The notes below the pieces were generated by a model. The model was not told the origin of the DNA. It saw only the letters and a list, made by a program, of their open reading frames with translations, and made no database searches. A DNA stretch of 63,847 nucleotides, the filler included, from Rhabdomonas costata (lineage: Eukaryota): assembly GCA_019059605.1 (NCBI GenBank). It is 40 parts of 40 records of this genome, joined end to end, with 100 filler letters (N's around TTAATTAATTAA, not from the genome) between each part and the next. Parts side by side here need not be neighbours in the genome. Positions count along the whole stretch, not along the records: positions 22,389 to 23,887 come from JAHMHO010014425.1; positions 23,988 to 25,486 come from JAHMHO010014426.1; positions 25,587 to 27,085 come from JAHMHO010014427.1; positions 27,186 to 28,681 come from JAHMHO010014428.1; positions 28,782 to 30,280 come from JAHMHO010014429.1; positions 30,381 to 31,879 come from JAHMHO010014430.1; positions 31,980 to 33,478 come from JAHMHO010014431.1; positions 33,579 to 35,077 come from JAHMHO010014432.1; 32 more parts are not named here. One strand, written 5' to 3'. Below are positions 23,601 to 36,412 of the stretch, one piece after another. A program made the translations under genes and the position numbers. The first letter of the stretch is position 1. Each line of letters begins with the position of its first letter.

Positions 23601-24440
23601 ACCAGAGACTATCCAGCACTTGAGGGTGTGGTTTCACCGTGTCAGATAGTGGAAAGACCCACCAGCGAGTTGCTCGAAGTACCACTGGAATCATCGGTGT
23701 CCGACGGATCCGACGGATTTCCTGTGAACCCTCCATGGCGAACCTGTGGAGGGAAAACCTGATTCAGACGCAACCACCCCGGAATACCTACAAACAAACC
23801 GAGGCAGTCGAACCGGTTAGCTAAGCATCCGCGAGTGGCGTGTGACTGGCAGCAGGCCAAACCTTCCATTAGACAGACAGTTTGTATNNNNNNNNNNNNN
23901 NNNNNNNNNNNNNNNNNNNNNNNNNNNNNNNTTAATTAATTAANNNNNNNNNNNNNNNNNNNNNNNNNNNNNNNNNNNNNNNNNNNNGGGGGAGGGAGGC
24001 GGTGGCGCGGATCCTCTGTTTAGCCTAGAGCTGTGTTCGCGGAACCCACAAAGCCTGCATGCAACAAAGAAAAAAGACGTACATCGCTCTCCGCAGCATG
24101 GGTACGAGGCGCTCGCAGTTGCTCCCGATAAAAACCGCAAAAGAAAAAGAACGCAAAAAGAATTATACATAAAAACGTACGATGTTTGTAGCGGGACCTG
24201 CCTGCAGAAGAAATTACTGGTACAAGGGCATTTATGTGCGTTTTACTCATTATTATTCATCATTTCAATGGCGAGCCCACGTTGGTTTTTTTTTGGAAGG
24301 TTAGAAATTCGGCGGGAAGCGATCAAAGGGCGGGTTCACAGACTCGTAGTCCCCCAAGGGGTGAGGGGCTGAAGCGGTTCCTGGGGATTTTAGAGAAAGA
24401 AAAGGCTTTTACCAAAGATGGTGGCCAAGGAGGAGCGGAC

Positions 24441-25021
24441 GTCCATCGAGGCATTGAGCAGGGAGGTGCTGCGCAAGGCGTTCGGGTGGGTGTGCTTCAA
24501 GCCCTTCATCGGAGCTTGGTCCGGAGTCTTCAGGGAAGGCTGGAAGGAGGGAAACGCTTGAAAGGAGAATGGGCAAATTGCACAAAGAAAGCACCAGGAG
24601 TTTAGCACGCGAATACCTCATCCAGTTTCCCCATGTACGTCCAGGTATGATCTGATTTGTTTTGTCCCTTGTAACCGGGCCCGTACTTGTGGTGACCCAC
24701 ATTCAGAGGCAAAGAATTCTTGAAGAAGCTCGCACTCGACTTGAACTCTGACGTACCGTCTATTCTGATCTCAACTCCATCCAGACACAGTAGAACACGT
24801 GCAAATCTCCCAAGCAGGCGAGAGCACAACCTCTGTGCGGACCAGTGGTTTTCAGAGCCTCATCGCGAACTGTTACGTGTTGGAGGTTCATTCGTTAATG
24901 TGCGGTGCTGTGGGGACGGGGGAGGGCTCTACCGGCGGTTCGGAGAGGAGCAGCCGCATATTGCTGCGCTCCCGGGTGCCCTCCAGGTAGTCGTACGGGG
25001 AGAGGGAGTGGTGGATCGGTC
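24441..25021 (-). CDS. Hypothetical multi-exon gene fragment (about 3 exons)
   Basis: GC3-rich open segments bounded by pyrimidine-AG and GT, e.g. HHSLSPYDYLEGTRERSNMRLLLSEP and YKGQNKSDHTWTYMGKLDE. Confidence 0.4.
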
Positions 25022-25587
25022 CTGAGAGACAAAGGGGCACTCTTCCAAGTGCAGCAGCAAAGTGAAGTTAGGAACAAAGCAATGCAGAAGAGACATGTAA
25101 GTCCAGTACCCCCACACCTTGACTGGAATTGCATTAAACTACCCTCCAACCACATGAGCACCTCTGCTACCTCTGAGTCCCCTTCTTCAAATGCACCAGA
25201 CGCGTTGGGAACCCCCACAAGCGAGTTCAGAGTACATTTTGTGGGTACTCAACCCTCGTGCTCACATTGGTGCCAGATGGGCGTTCTTCCCTCAATGGCG
25301 CATCACACCGCGGTTCAAGGGAGAAAATGCAAAGGCACCCTATACAACTACACAAGTTGCTTGAAGGTAGGAGGCTCAAGCAGTCGCGAAATTGATGTTT
25401 TCCTGTCCTTTTCAGTCTCGCATGAATCACAGCCAGTTTACTCTTTGTCTTACAGGCTGTGTGGGAAACATCCTCCCACACCCCACNNNNNNNNNNNNNN
25501 NNNNNNNNNNNNNNNNNNNNNNNNNNNNNNTTAATTAATTAANNNNNNNNNNNNNNNNNNNNNNNNNNNNNNNNNNNNNNNNNNNNT

Positions 25588-27085
25588 GTGGGTGCCTCCC
25601 AGGCTGGAAAGTCCCTTTTGGCAGGTTCACTTGTGAACAGTCTGGCACAACCCAGGCTTTGGCGTCATTTGGCATGTGCGTTCGAAACGGTGTATCCCCA
25701 TCGGAGTGATGGAGAGTGGCGAACATGGCTTATGAATAGGCTCCTTGTTGAGCGTCTGAGTGGAGTTACTAACGTGTGCTCGCAGTGGCCACTTCTATGC
25801 GGCAGATGGAGCATCACGTTGATAGACACCCCCGCGTTGCCATCTCAACAACTGGGGCGTTTTCGAGTTCGATATTTGTATTGTCTCCCTCGTCCTGTGG
25901 TGGTATTTTTGGTCGCTGCAGATTCAGAGAAAGTGCAATTACGGTACATCAAAGCTATTCCCGGCAGTCAGGTGATTGTTGCAGTCACAAGGATGGATTT
26001 GATAAAGTGGGATTCCGCGAAATTTCGCTTCCTTGAGGAGAAAATTCGCAAGGCATTCAGCGATGTGGGGCAGTCTTCGTCGCTGGTAGCTGTAATTCCT
26101 CTTTGTGCGCTGAGCTCAGAAGGAGTTTTGACTCCGGCCTCTCAGATGAGCGGTAATCAACTTTCCCTCGTGGACGCCATTTCCACGGCATGCACGCGGC
26201 GCCCGACTCCGGCCCAACGGTCGCGCACTGTCTTTCTCCTGGACAGAATCAAACGTTGCAGCCGATCCGAGTGCATAGCCTGCGGGTGGCTTGATGGCAC
26301 GGTAAAACTTGGTGATCAGCTTGGGATTGGGCGCTCGACGTTTCTGGTGAAAGGGATCCAGCGTTGGGGTATATCCACTCCTTCGATATGTTCAGGTGAG
26401 ACAGGTCTTCTTCTTTTCGGGGACACTTCTGCCCGTTTGCCGGGTCCCAATAATCAGCCAAACTTTGGTCGGCGGATTTTGGGGCACGTCGCGGTGCTGG
26501 CTTCACCACCTGTGCCCCTCGTTTCAGACATCGCTGTTGCAATGCGATTTTTTTGTTATTTTGTTCCCTCGAAGCCTTTGCCAGTATCTGGTTCAGGAGT
26601 GCGAATTATGTTTAGGGGAGCTTCCGTTGATTGCCAAGTTGTGGAAAGCTCCCCCGTCGAAGCGGTTTCAATTGAGACCGCAAAGAGTTCTCAGGACCTT
26701 TTGCTGCATTTACGCATGTTCCATCCCATTTGTGCCCTTTCTCAAGCCCAAGATGGACCTGAGCAGGCCCCAAGTCAGCTGTGCCACGTCTGGTGTGAAA
26801 CCGCTCACCACTTTGGCATGGGCTACATCCGCTCAGTGTCACGGCAATTGTCGACGGATGTGAAGGAAAAGATTGAAAAAAGAAAGGCAGAAAAGAAAGA
26901 AAGAGAAGGCAAGCCAAGTGAGAATTTGGATCCGGCGAGAAAAGTAAAGTCTCCCCGCAATGCCCTTTCGCATGCCCTTTCTGGGGCAGACATTTCGCGA
27001 ATCATTGTAATTGGGTCGGGTGGAAAGGCATCTTCCGGAGGCCGCGAGGAGGATCTTCGACAAGCCCAGGATGCCACCCAACCTC
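25588..27085 (+). CDS. Divergent EF1A/HBS1/eRF3-family translational GTPase-like protein (partial, intronless here)
   Basis: G1 GASQAGKS, switch I ERLSGVT, G3 LIDTPA, G4 VAVTRMD, G5 IPLCAL, followed by domain II (GTVKLGDQL..VKGIQ) and domain III (HPICAL..GMGYIRSV). Confidence 0.85.
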
Positions 27086-27825
27086 NNNNNNNNNNNNNNN
27101 NNNNNNNNNNNNNNNNNNNNNNNNNNNNNTTAATTAATTAANNNNNNNNNNNNNNNNNNNNNNNNNNNNNNNNNNNNNNNNNNNNGGGGGGTGGAGGAGA
27201 ACGTCGGAGACTCACAGTGCTTTCTTTGAATGCTGGGGAGGGACAGGAACACCTGCGTCGCGACGTGCTGCTTGGGAAACGAGGTTTCCTTGCCTTTAGC
27301 TGATGGGCACCCGAAGGGCATCGAAAACCGTATACTTTAGCTGGTGATCCCAGCTGGTGGTGGGGAAGTGCTCTTGTTGTCGAATACTGATGGGATCACG
27401 TCATTTAGCAGATGGGAACAGATGGCATGCACCCGTTGTGACCAAGTGAGTGAGTCCGGTTTTCCCCAGGCATCCAGGCACCTGCTGGCCCCCAAGTTTC
27501 ACAGGGAAGTTGCGGTTGGGGTGGGATCAGTGTTGCCTTCACCTTCACTCGTGTTCCTTGAGCGAGACCAGAGTGAATAGTGATTCGGTCAGTGACAGTG
27601 ACAGTGACAGTGACAGTGCCCGCACCAGTGGCTGACAACTTGTTAAATGTGTGGGTTTCCTTTTTCTGTTTCCTTCCCTATTTTTTTTCTTCCAGGGTGC
27701 CCCTTCTCTCGCTGGTCCGACTGACACAGGCGAACAAGCAGGTTTGCTTTTCCTCACCTTTTCCCGCCCCTTATTCTGCTGGGTGGTGTGTTTGGGGGGT
27801 TCACGGAGGGTACGCGCTTTCCTAG

Positions 27826-28353
27826 GTTCTGCTCATCGACCTGGTGGCGCTGACCGAGGAGGCGGTTCGGCTCTGGGCGGGTCCCCCGGAGTCCTTTGAC
27901 GTTCAGCAGACCGAGTTCGTGATGGAGCTGGGCTCCTTCCTCTCCTCTGAGGAGATCCGCAAGGCATCCGCCCGTGTGATTTCGTTTTGGGGAGGCTTTT
28001 TTTGTTCCGTCATCGGAGGAGTTGCCCCAATCAACTGCACCCATGCGACTGCATGCACAGTATCAATTACTTTCACACCGTTCTCTTTCCATTTTTTCCC
28101 CGATCTCTCGCATCTACTGCAGGACACCAAGCAACCCTCACAAGCCTTCCACCCTGCGGTTAGGGTCCCCATCCCTCGGGGGGCGTCGCAATTGGATTTG
28201 TGCGTGTTCCACAGTGCGTATGGAACTTTAAGAAGTACATGGAGATCTGGTACAAGGATTTTGGGATCCACGTCAGTGGGTTGATCGACATGTACCCCAT
28301 CGTGAGTTACTTCTTCCCTGAGGTTCTGGCGGCCGCCAAAGAAGAGGACGACG
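27826..28353 (+). CDS. Hypothetical protein, exons 27826-27963, 28123-28158 (tentative) and 28215-28353
   Basis: GC3-rich exons, phase-0 compatible if the first donor is AAG|GCATCC. Confidence 0.6.
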
Positions 28354-30720
28354 GTATGCGTTTTGCCAACGGTCCAACAGGAAGTCTGCCAACGGTCCAA
28401 CAGCCCCCCCCCCCCCAAGAAAACACACACGTGCGCGGAAACAAGAAACCTTTTACTGCAACAATTGCATGGCAGATGCACACTCGCCGCATCTCAGTGA
28501 GAAACGTACAAGCACCTACCGGACCCCAAAAAAGCATCCCTCTAATGTTGGGTGGGACTCTCATTGCGTCAGAAAACTGCAGACAAACAAAAAGAGACGG
28601 AAGTGGGCTTCTGCAACGTGTGCACTAACGTGTGCACTAACGTGTGCACTGGAGCACCGAAGGCTTTGGTTGCCGCACCCGNNNNNNNNNNNNNNNNNNN
28701 NNNNNNNNNNNNNNNNNNNNNNNNNTTAATTAATTAANNNNNNNNNNNNNNNNNNNNNNNNNNNNNNNNNNNNNNNNNNNNTCTGCCGTTGTGCATCTTT
28801 TTTTTGTTTGGGACCTCCAGATTGAGGGTTTTTTGTTTATCGTTTTTAGCATTGGGTACCACCCCCTGCAGCCAGGAGTTTCCGGTGGGAGGTGAGGAAA
28901 GGGACGGCGTAAGGTGTGGGTTTGCTATTGGACAAGCCGAACTCGGTTTCGAAATTCCTGACAATCTACTCAAAAGGTCCGCAGAAATCGCTCAAGACGG
29001 CTCACATTGGGGTACAAGGGTAGGGAATGGGAACTGGTACGGTTTCGAACCAACCACAGAAATGGACCCGCAGCGAACGCGATTGGTTGTTCTGATGTAA
29101 AGTCAATGCCAGCTCTCAGAGTGACCTGCGGCTCAAGAGATTCATAAGTTGGGCTGCCAGCCAACGTGCAAGCCGAACCATTTTGGGATGTGCACTTCAG
29201 CGACTCCTCCAACAACGCACTGAAGTCCCAAATCAAGGCTTTAGACAGCTCTTCTTCTGGACCACTGTACCCGGCAGGCGAAGACCAGTGCGAAGGCAGC
29301 TCGCTAGTGTAAGCTCAGGACCCATACCCATTTGGTGCGCGCTGGACGCAGACCAAAGTAATAAACAAACAGAAAACGAAGGTTTTGCTCGGATCGAAAA
29401 AGGTGTAAGTGATCGAATGCTGAGAATTGGGAATCGCAAATGAAACCCGAACATTCCTTCCTCCCACTTACGACAACTGACAGGGCAGACAAATCACAGT
29501 CTGACAGGACAGATAAATCAGAAGTGCATTCCATCGCCCCCCCCCCAGCTAACCAAGGGGTCCCCTTTCCCCAGACAAAGAAATCAACCATAGCAGCACA
29601 GCTGTTGACAGCACAATGTCTACATACGGACCTCACAACGATAACGTACAAAACCGGACATAACGCCACGAAAAACCCCTGGAGCAGGACGCCTCTGCTC
29701 ACAACAACAAAAAATACTAGCAAGGTCACAGTGGGCAGGTGTGAAGCGTTTCGCTCACCAGCAAAGGAAAAAAAACGCCACCTGCACCAGTGGACTTCAC
29801 GGTGGGCACTGCTCTCCCAGTAGCTGCACATACAATCAGTAATGAACCCCCGTTTCCTCTACAATGCAACAGAGTCCTTTGGACGCTGTTTGACAACCAA
29901 AACGATGCATGACTGTGCTTCCGATGTGAGACCTATCCAGGTCTGGACGAGGGAGAGGGCAGTGGGGTGCGGTTGCTGAAATCTGCTGGCCAGGATACGG
30001 AGGTAGCGCAACACTCCCAGTCAGCTGACCCACGGATGGAAAGACTCAAATCCACTTTCATGCCAAAGGCGATCATTTTGCTTTAGCCTTTGGAGAGCAA
30101 AAATTAGAAGAAAGAATTCAGTGCAGGTATTCTCCCCCGGTGTGAGAATTTGTCAGCGGCCAGAAACTCCGGCACGCGACGAAAAATGCTCCCGTATTTC
30201 GAAAAATTGAGTTCAAACACACACACACACACACACACACATACACAATGGTGCGACAAGCGAACAAAAACACCCAACACNNNNNNNNNNNNNNNNNNNN
30301 NNNNNNNNNNNNNNNNNNNNNNNNTTAATTAATTAANNNNNNNNNNNNNNNNNNNNNNNNNNNNNNNNNNNNNNNNNNNNGGTGGGGGGTGCCCTTCACC
30401 TTCACTCCTACTACGGGGTGGTCGCTGGACGCACCCACCCCTACGTACCCTCAGGTGATGGAAGATGGACTCAGGGATGCCAAGATGCTACCCTACCTGC
30501 GGTAATATGGGGGAAAGTGGACTTTGTAACAGCATTATTTATGTTTGGCATAACTCCAAATGAGGGGTCATAAGAAAGAACACGAAAAGGCGCAAGTGTT
30601 ACTGAAAGTATCCGTCCCGAATACAGCACAGGAGTGAATTGAACGGATCAGCATCATCGGGGAGATTCCTCCGCCACTGGAATTCCTTCACATTAGCCTC
30701 TAGGTGGTCGCTATGCATGG

Positions 30721-31092
30721 TCAGAATGAGCAGCCTCCCAGTTCATGAGGCACACCCCTAAATCTCTGAGAATAGGTGGTCACCGTGGTATGGCTTATAC
30801 CGAGCATGTGGACACTCCGGTTACCGGCACAGTCATGTGCCCAGAAGAAAGCGAAGTGAATCCATTGTTTTAAAGACAGCGTCGAGGACTCCAGAATCGA
30901 GAAAGCCTTGCCATAGAACTTTCTGCGACAACTGGTGCACTTCCGATACGTAGTAGGACCATTCATACAGAGCTCTCCCATAGAACCACCACAATCACAG
31001 GCGGGCTCTCTTAACACTCCATAACTCTCCAAAAACTTTCTGACCTTTATCTCATCCCCACACAAAGCCTCTAAGTCAAACAAAGAAAACAT
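30721..31092 (-). mobile_element. Merlin/IS1595-family transposase N-terminal fragment (Zn ribbon + HTH), frameshifted or truncated
   Basis: FLESYGVL..CDCGGSM...KCTSCRRK...SILESSTLSLKQWIHFAFFWA...LGISHTTV...RFR; frame breaks after RFR; no DDE domain visible. Confidence 0.8.
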
Positions 31093-31476
31093 AGCTGGAA
31101 GAAAAAAGGACAACGCCCCCCAACCCCAGGTAAGTTGCAGGGGGGACTCCGTCCCCCCAGGACCCACCCTGCGTGTGCATCGCACCCTAATTTAACGGCT
31201 GCAATCCACTGACTCCGATCCGCACAGAACCTTGAGCTGCACACAGATGCCCCAAAACGAGGCAGATGAGTCGTGAGTCAGCGAGTTACCGGATGTACTG
31301 AGTGTAATCATAAATTATTTCCGTTGTCGCGAAGTGTTGCAATTGTTCTTTGTCAATATGGTGTAAACTTCCCCCCGCTCACCTGTAAGTGTGTGTATAC
31401 GGGTGCGCTTCGCAATCAACTGAGTGTGCTCGAGTGAATTCAACCCACGGGGAACAGCACACACACACATACAGAC

Positions 31477-31611
31477 CTGCTCTGCCATCTGCATCCTCCG
31501 GGCCATCTCGGCCAGGGAGATCCCCTGCCTCTCCCGCTCCGCCCGCATCCTGCCCCCCACAGTGCCCTCGGAGGGCTCGTGCATGCCAAGCGCTCCAGTG
31601 GACTCCGACAT
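31477..31611 (-). CDS. Cro/C1 (XRE)-type helix-turn-helix exon
   Basis: TVGGRMRAERERQGISLAEMARRMQMAEQ followed by a CAG|GTCTGT donor. Confidence 0.65.
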
Positions 31612-32301
31612 CGCCCCCCGGCACGCCTCCTCCACAACAACAGACGCCACTAGCACAAGCACTCACTCACGAACGTACGCACCCCCTCGACGTGGCAAGC
31701 CGAGTCTAGGTCTCTTCTCACCCGGACCTAAGGAACGCCACAACCGACAGAAAAAAAGCTCGGAGGCTGTGCGTGGCCACCACGTGGAACCAAGGGACCA
31801 GTAAAGCTTAACAAGTAAGGGCTAAGGGTCCCGTAACGAAACGAGGGTGCATGCTTATCCCAACATGGACCACACCAACNNNNNNNNNNNNNNNNNNNNN
31901 NNNNNNNNNNNNNNNNNNNNNNNTTAATTAATTAANNNNNNNNNNNNNNNNNNNNNNNNNNNNNNNNNNNNNNNNNNNNTGTTGGTTGGAAATGCAGCAG
32001 TTATCACCTGCCAGCAACCCTCATTCATTTCCCTCTCTTCTCTGCTGCAGCATTGAGAGCCTCACAGACCCATTTTTTGCTCGTATAGTCTGTGTATACT
32101 CTGTTTGTAGTTAGACTGCTGCCTGCAAACTATTGCCTTTCGTCCAACACTGTCATCACTGTCAAACTGCAATGCTGTGGTGCATGGAATTTTTTAATGC
32201 GGTCATGAAATGGCATGAAGGCAATGGGGGCTGGTGATTAGAAGCCTTTTGTCACCTTTTGAAACTTTCAGCTTTTTAGTGCACCCTTTCTTCTTTTACA
32301 G

Positions 32302-33406
32302 GCGTTCCAAACGAAAGATCAGACACTCATCTTTCAGCTGTACGAGAACACTTTCAATGAGCTTTCCGAGAAGCACTACATGCAATCCCATTGGCCTCAA
32401 GTCGAGATCATCGCCCCGCTGGTCGACATGGGTCTGTGTGCTGCATCACTCAACCACAAACTCACAAGCGATAAAGACAAAATTTAGCATTTGGCATTGA
32501 CCAAGCTCGCAGTGATTAAGGGCCGGGGGTGCGACGACCCAAAGCGAGCTTTCAAAAGAAAAAATAAAGACAAAAATGAACAACGCAAAATTTGTACAGA
32601 ACGCAATGTGCAGTCCACGATTTTCTGAACACACTCCTCTAATTTCACCTCCGCTGTTTCTTCGAAAATCTTGACCGTATAAAGCAAACAACTAAACAGA
32701 ACGATCTCCACACTGCCATCCGAACACCCGCGCATCTTGCAGATCCTCTCTTCCTCGTGCTGTACAAGGAAATGTACTATCGCCACCTGTACTCCATTTC
32801 TGGAGGACAACTGGTTACTCTGGAGGACCGTGTAGAGTCTTTCCAGGTGTGAAGTGGTTGAAACAAATCGTCAAATGAGGCAATTACGTGATTACGGCTA
32901 AATTAGGGGGGGGGGGAGGCAAAAATAGGCATAGTTTGGACGTGAATAGAATTTTTTCTGTATTTTTTTAAAAGAAGTTTCATTCCTCCCAAAAAAAAAA
33001 GCTCTCGGGCAAGGAGCAAGGAGTGCCAGAAAAAGTTTCAAAATCATTTGCCATTTTTTCCTGTGTACAAATGTACACAGGTTCTTTTAAATTGAGTTTT
33101 GTTAATTTTTGTGATATTTAGGGTGTGAGATACTACAACGGAAAATTTCTAATGGAAATGCACTGGCATTTTCTTTTAATGTCTTTTAATTTTCTTGTCA
33201 TTTTGAGCTGTTTCTCGTTTACAGATCTGAGGTTTTTCTCATTTAGCTGTTTTGGGCTCATTTCGCTTTGAAACATTTTTCCGTTTTCCGATTCACTCTC
33301 CCCCCACTTCGCTCTTACCCTGACAGAACTACTTCAACCTCTTTGCCTACATCCTCAAGACTGCAGTGGACAAAGTCAACTTGCACCTCCCCAACCAGTG
33401 GATCTG
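32302..33406 (+). CDS. EIF3L: Eukaryotic translation initiation factor 3 subunit L, exons 32302-32431, 32743-32846, 33327-33406
   Basis: Spliced: LYENTFNELSEKHYMQSHWPQVEIIAPLVDMDPLFLVLYKEMYYRHLYS...RVESFQNYFNLFAYIL...LPNQWIW; all GT-AG and in phase. Not captured by the ORF track. Confidence 0.95.
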
Positions 33407-33975
33407 GTGTTTTCGAATTTGTTTTTTTTGTTGTGTGTTGTTTGTCGTCTGGTATTTTGTGACAATGACCACAAACACNNNNNNNNNNNNNNNNNNNNNN
33501 NNNNNNNNNNNNNNNNNNNNNNTTAATTAATTAANNNNNNNNNNNNNNNNNNNNNNNNNNNNNNNNNNNNNNNNNNNNGTTGTTGGTGGTGCTATTGCCG
33601 TGGTGCTCTATTTGGCGTGGTACTCAAAGAAGGTCAAGGCCAATCCTGGATTCTCCTATGCGTGGGAACTGGAACGCAAAAGCAACCAGGTAGTTCATCT
33701 TTATGGCCTGACGGCGCAGAAGTAGTGCTGGAAGGACACAGCTGCAAGGTTCCAGAGAATGTTGGGCTTATCAATCGCTTGTGGTATGATCAGGGTTCAA
33801 AAGCACTTGCTATCCACTTCCCTCCCTTTCCTTTTGCCTTCACTTTAGATACATTCTGCCTGCTTCAGACGCACATTTGTCGTTTGTGGCACTGGCGGTA
33901 TTGGACACTTTCCATCGCAGGACACACTGGATGCACTTGGTTGCTGGTGTGGATATGGTGAGTGGATGTGCGCAC

Positions 33976-34138
33976 CAGCTGGAAGGTTGAGCTGTAGCGC
34001 CGCGCTGGGCAGGGAGAGGCTCAGCCCACCGCTTGGCCCAACGTCCAGGTGGTAGCTGCATAGCTCCACCAGGCTGGCTGTGCCGCACCACTGGTCCCCG
34101 GGCTCCGCATTCACCATCACTCGCATCGCAATGGCTTC
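33976..34138 (-). CDS. Hypothetical internal exon (possibly PKD/REJ-like protein)
   Basis: AACAG|EAIAMRVMVNAEPGDQW...LSLPSAALQLNLPA|GTGCGC. Confidence 0.45.
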
Positions 34139-34637
34139 CTGTTGGTGGGGGATGAAGGGGGAGGGATGTCTTTTTTATGCTATCCCACTTCTCACTTCTC
34201 GAAAAAAGGATACTGATGAGTGGGGTGAGTGTGAGTGTGGTGCGTCTAGGGTGTGCTGCGGGTTGCGCTGATATTGGCAGCCATGTGGTTTATTTTGGGC
34301 TGCTGGTTTTTCAAACTTTTTCAAACTTGAACCACGGCACAGGCGCCTCTCTTCCTCTCTTTCACTATCCCTCCACCTTTGCTTCAGCCGGCATTCACCC
34401 ATCACCCTGTCACCCACACCTCACTCATTCCATCTCAGAGCCCAGATGGGAAGGGTCCCAGATGAAGGCAACCCCTTCGCCGAGCGGTTGAAACCCCAGT
34501 CACTCCAGCAACGCATGAGATCAGTCAGCTGCTCAGCTCAGAGTTCTGTATACCCACGCCAAGTCAGAGCCTGGATACCTCGATCGCTTGGAATTTCACA
34601 CACACGCACACCACTTTGTGTGGGGACGCGGTTGCAG

Positions 34638-34805
34638 GAGGTGGAGAAAGCCAAGGAGGCCCTGCTGGAGTCCGCCGCGAACTCCACCCGGACGGACCCT
34701 CTGGGCGCGACGTTCTCGCTGACCCAGGTCGTCATGGCGATCTCTCAGCAGAACGCCACCGCTAACACCACCGCCCAGTTGGACCAAGTGCTGCACTTGA
34801 TGGAG
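34638..34805 (+). CDS. Hypothetical internal exon (helical, N-x-T sequons)
   Basis: TTGCAG|EVEKAKEALLESAANSTRTD...QQNATANTTAQLDQVLHLME|GTATGA, 56 codons, GC3-rich. Confidence 0.55.
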
Positions 34806-35965
34806 GTATGATATTCGTGGCCTCGGGTCACTCTTCAAGCAGTAGCCGCTCTTGCCCGCGGTGTGATGTGGACCGCGCAATGCAGCCGGTGAACCTTGCC
34901 CAGGGGAGGGGATTTTACACCTTGCACCCCAACGAAGGTTTGTGTTTCCATGTCTCTGGTCATCCAGGAGATCTTTAGTGGTTATGATTCCTGCTCCATG
35001 AGCGAAGTCACGGGGTCAGTAGTTGCGGAGATCTCTAGTCAAGACCATCTTCACTCGCGCGTGCGCCCCCAACACCCNNNNNNNNNNNNNNNNNNNNNNN
35101 NNNNNNNNNNNNNNNNNNNNNTTAATTAATTAANNNNNNNNNNNNNNNNNNNNNNNNNNNNNNNNNNNNNNNNNNNNTTTGTGGGGGACCGAAACCTCCG
35201 TGAAAAGCACCGATCCCCTCCACCTCGCACCGTTTTCTGGATCACTATCAGCTCGTGCTTTACCAATTGACATCAGAACCCATGGAAGATAATATATGCA
35301 AAATTTCCAATTCCAAACCCTCATGTCCGAAATGTGATGACATGAAGACGGCGTGTCAAATGATGCAATGAAACCAAAAAACGACTACGTTTCTGAGGCG
35401 GAATGTCCCTATTTATTGTGAAAACAGGACAAACAGTGTATAGATGCCAAGCGGTTTGCGGTTTGCGTGTGCACTTTTCCCCTTTTGAATACTTCACTGG
35501 CATCATTCTTTACCTTCTTCAGTTAAGAACAGGCGACTTTAAATGATAGTGTCCCCCTTCAAGAACTCCTCCAAACACCATGTAGGCTGCTACCAACCCG
35601 TACATCACTTTCTGACTCTTTACCTCGTGCTCTAAATCATGAAAAAACCTGCTGGAATCTCAGAGACTTTGACCCGATGCCTGCAGGATGCGAAGGTGCC
35701 ATCACTCATCACTCCAGGGACAGTACTGTTATTGCATCCTAAATTCCATCAACCAATGCGGTTTTGGATCAAAGAACCGGTCATACAGCGTTTCAGGAGC
35801 TCATTGTCTGCAGAAAGGACCCCGGGCCTGCTTGCCCACAATTGGACAAAATGTGAAATCATTCGCCATGAACCAGCGCTAGCGATGGAGTGACACGAAG
35901 ACATTTCCCTTCATTATTTCCTTGATGAGAACGAGGGACCCCCCCCCGAAAGGGAGAACAAGCAC

Positions 35966-36412
35966 CTGCGCATAAATCTGCCGTAAGTGGGTCCTGCACA
36001 TTGTCCTGGGCAGCCCGGCGGCGCTGAATTGCCAAATTGCGGCGGGAAAACGCCACAATCTCTGGCTTGATGTCAATGCCGTGGACAAACCCACTGGGAC
36101 CGACCTGGAGATAAGTCAGGCAGGATGGAGACGCGAAGTCCGCATGGGTGCTTATTAAGAGTGTGGGGGAAGATCAAGAAAACGGCAAACAAAAAACCTC
36201 CCAACGGAATCTCATTTTCCACACCGCATCGTGGCAGAGGTCACCTTGCACTAACAAACACAGAGGTGCGGCATGCTCACCAGCTGAGCTGAGAGGAGGG
36301 TGAACAGGCCACAGCCTGAGCCAATGTCCAGCACGCGATGCCCCGGCTGTATGTCCAGCTGGTTAAAGCAGAAAGTGTACATGTTCGGCGCAGAAACGTT
36401 GAATCCAAGAGC
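35966..36412 (-). CDS. Protein-L-isoaspartate O-methyltransferase-like, exons 36412-36281 and 36104-35966
   Basis: GFNVSAPNMY...LDIQPGHRVLDIGSGCGLFTLLSAQL|VGPSGFVHGIDI...FSRRNL; phase-0 GT-AG intron. Confidence 0.9.

Noticed and set aside
34213-34240. Hammerhead core CTGATGA
   Set aside because: No stem II or GAAA partner nearby.
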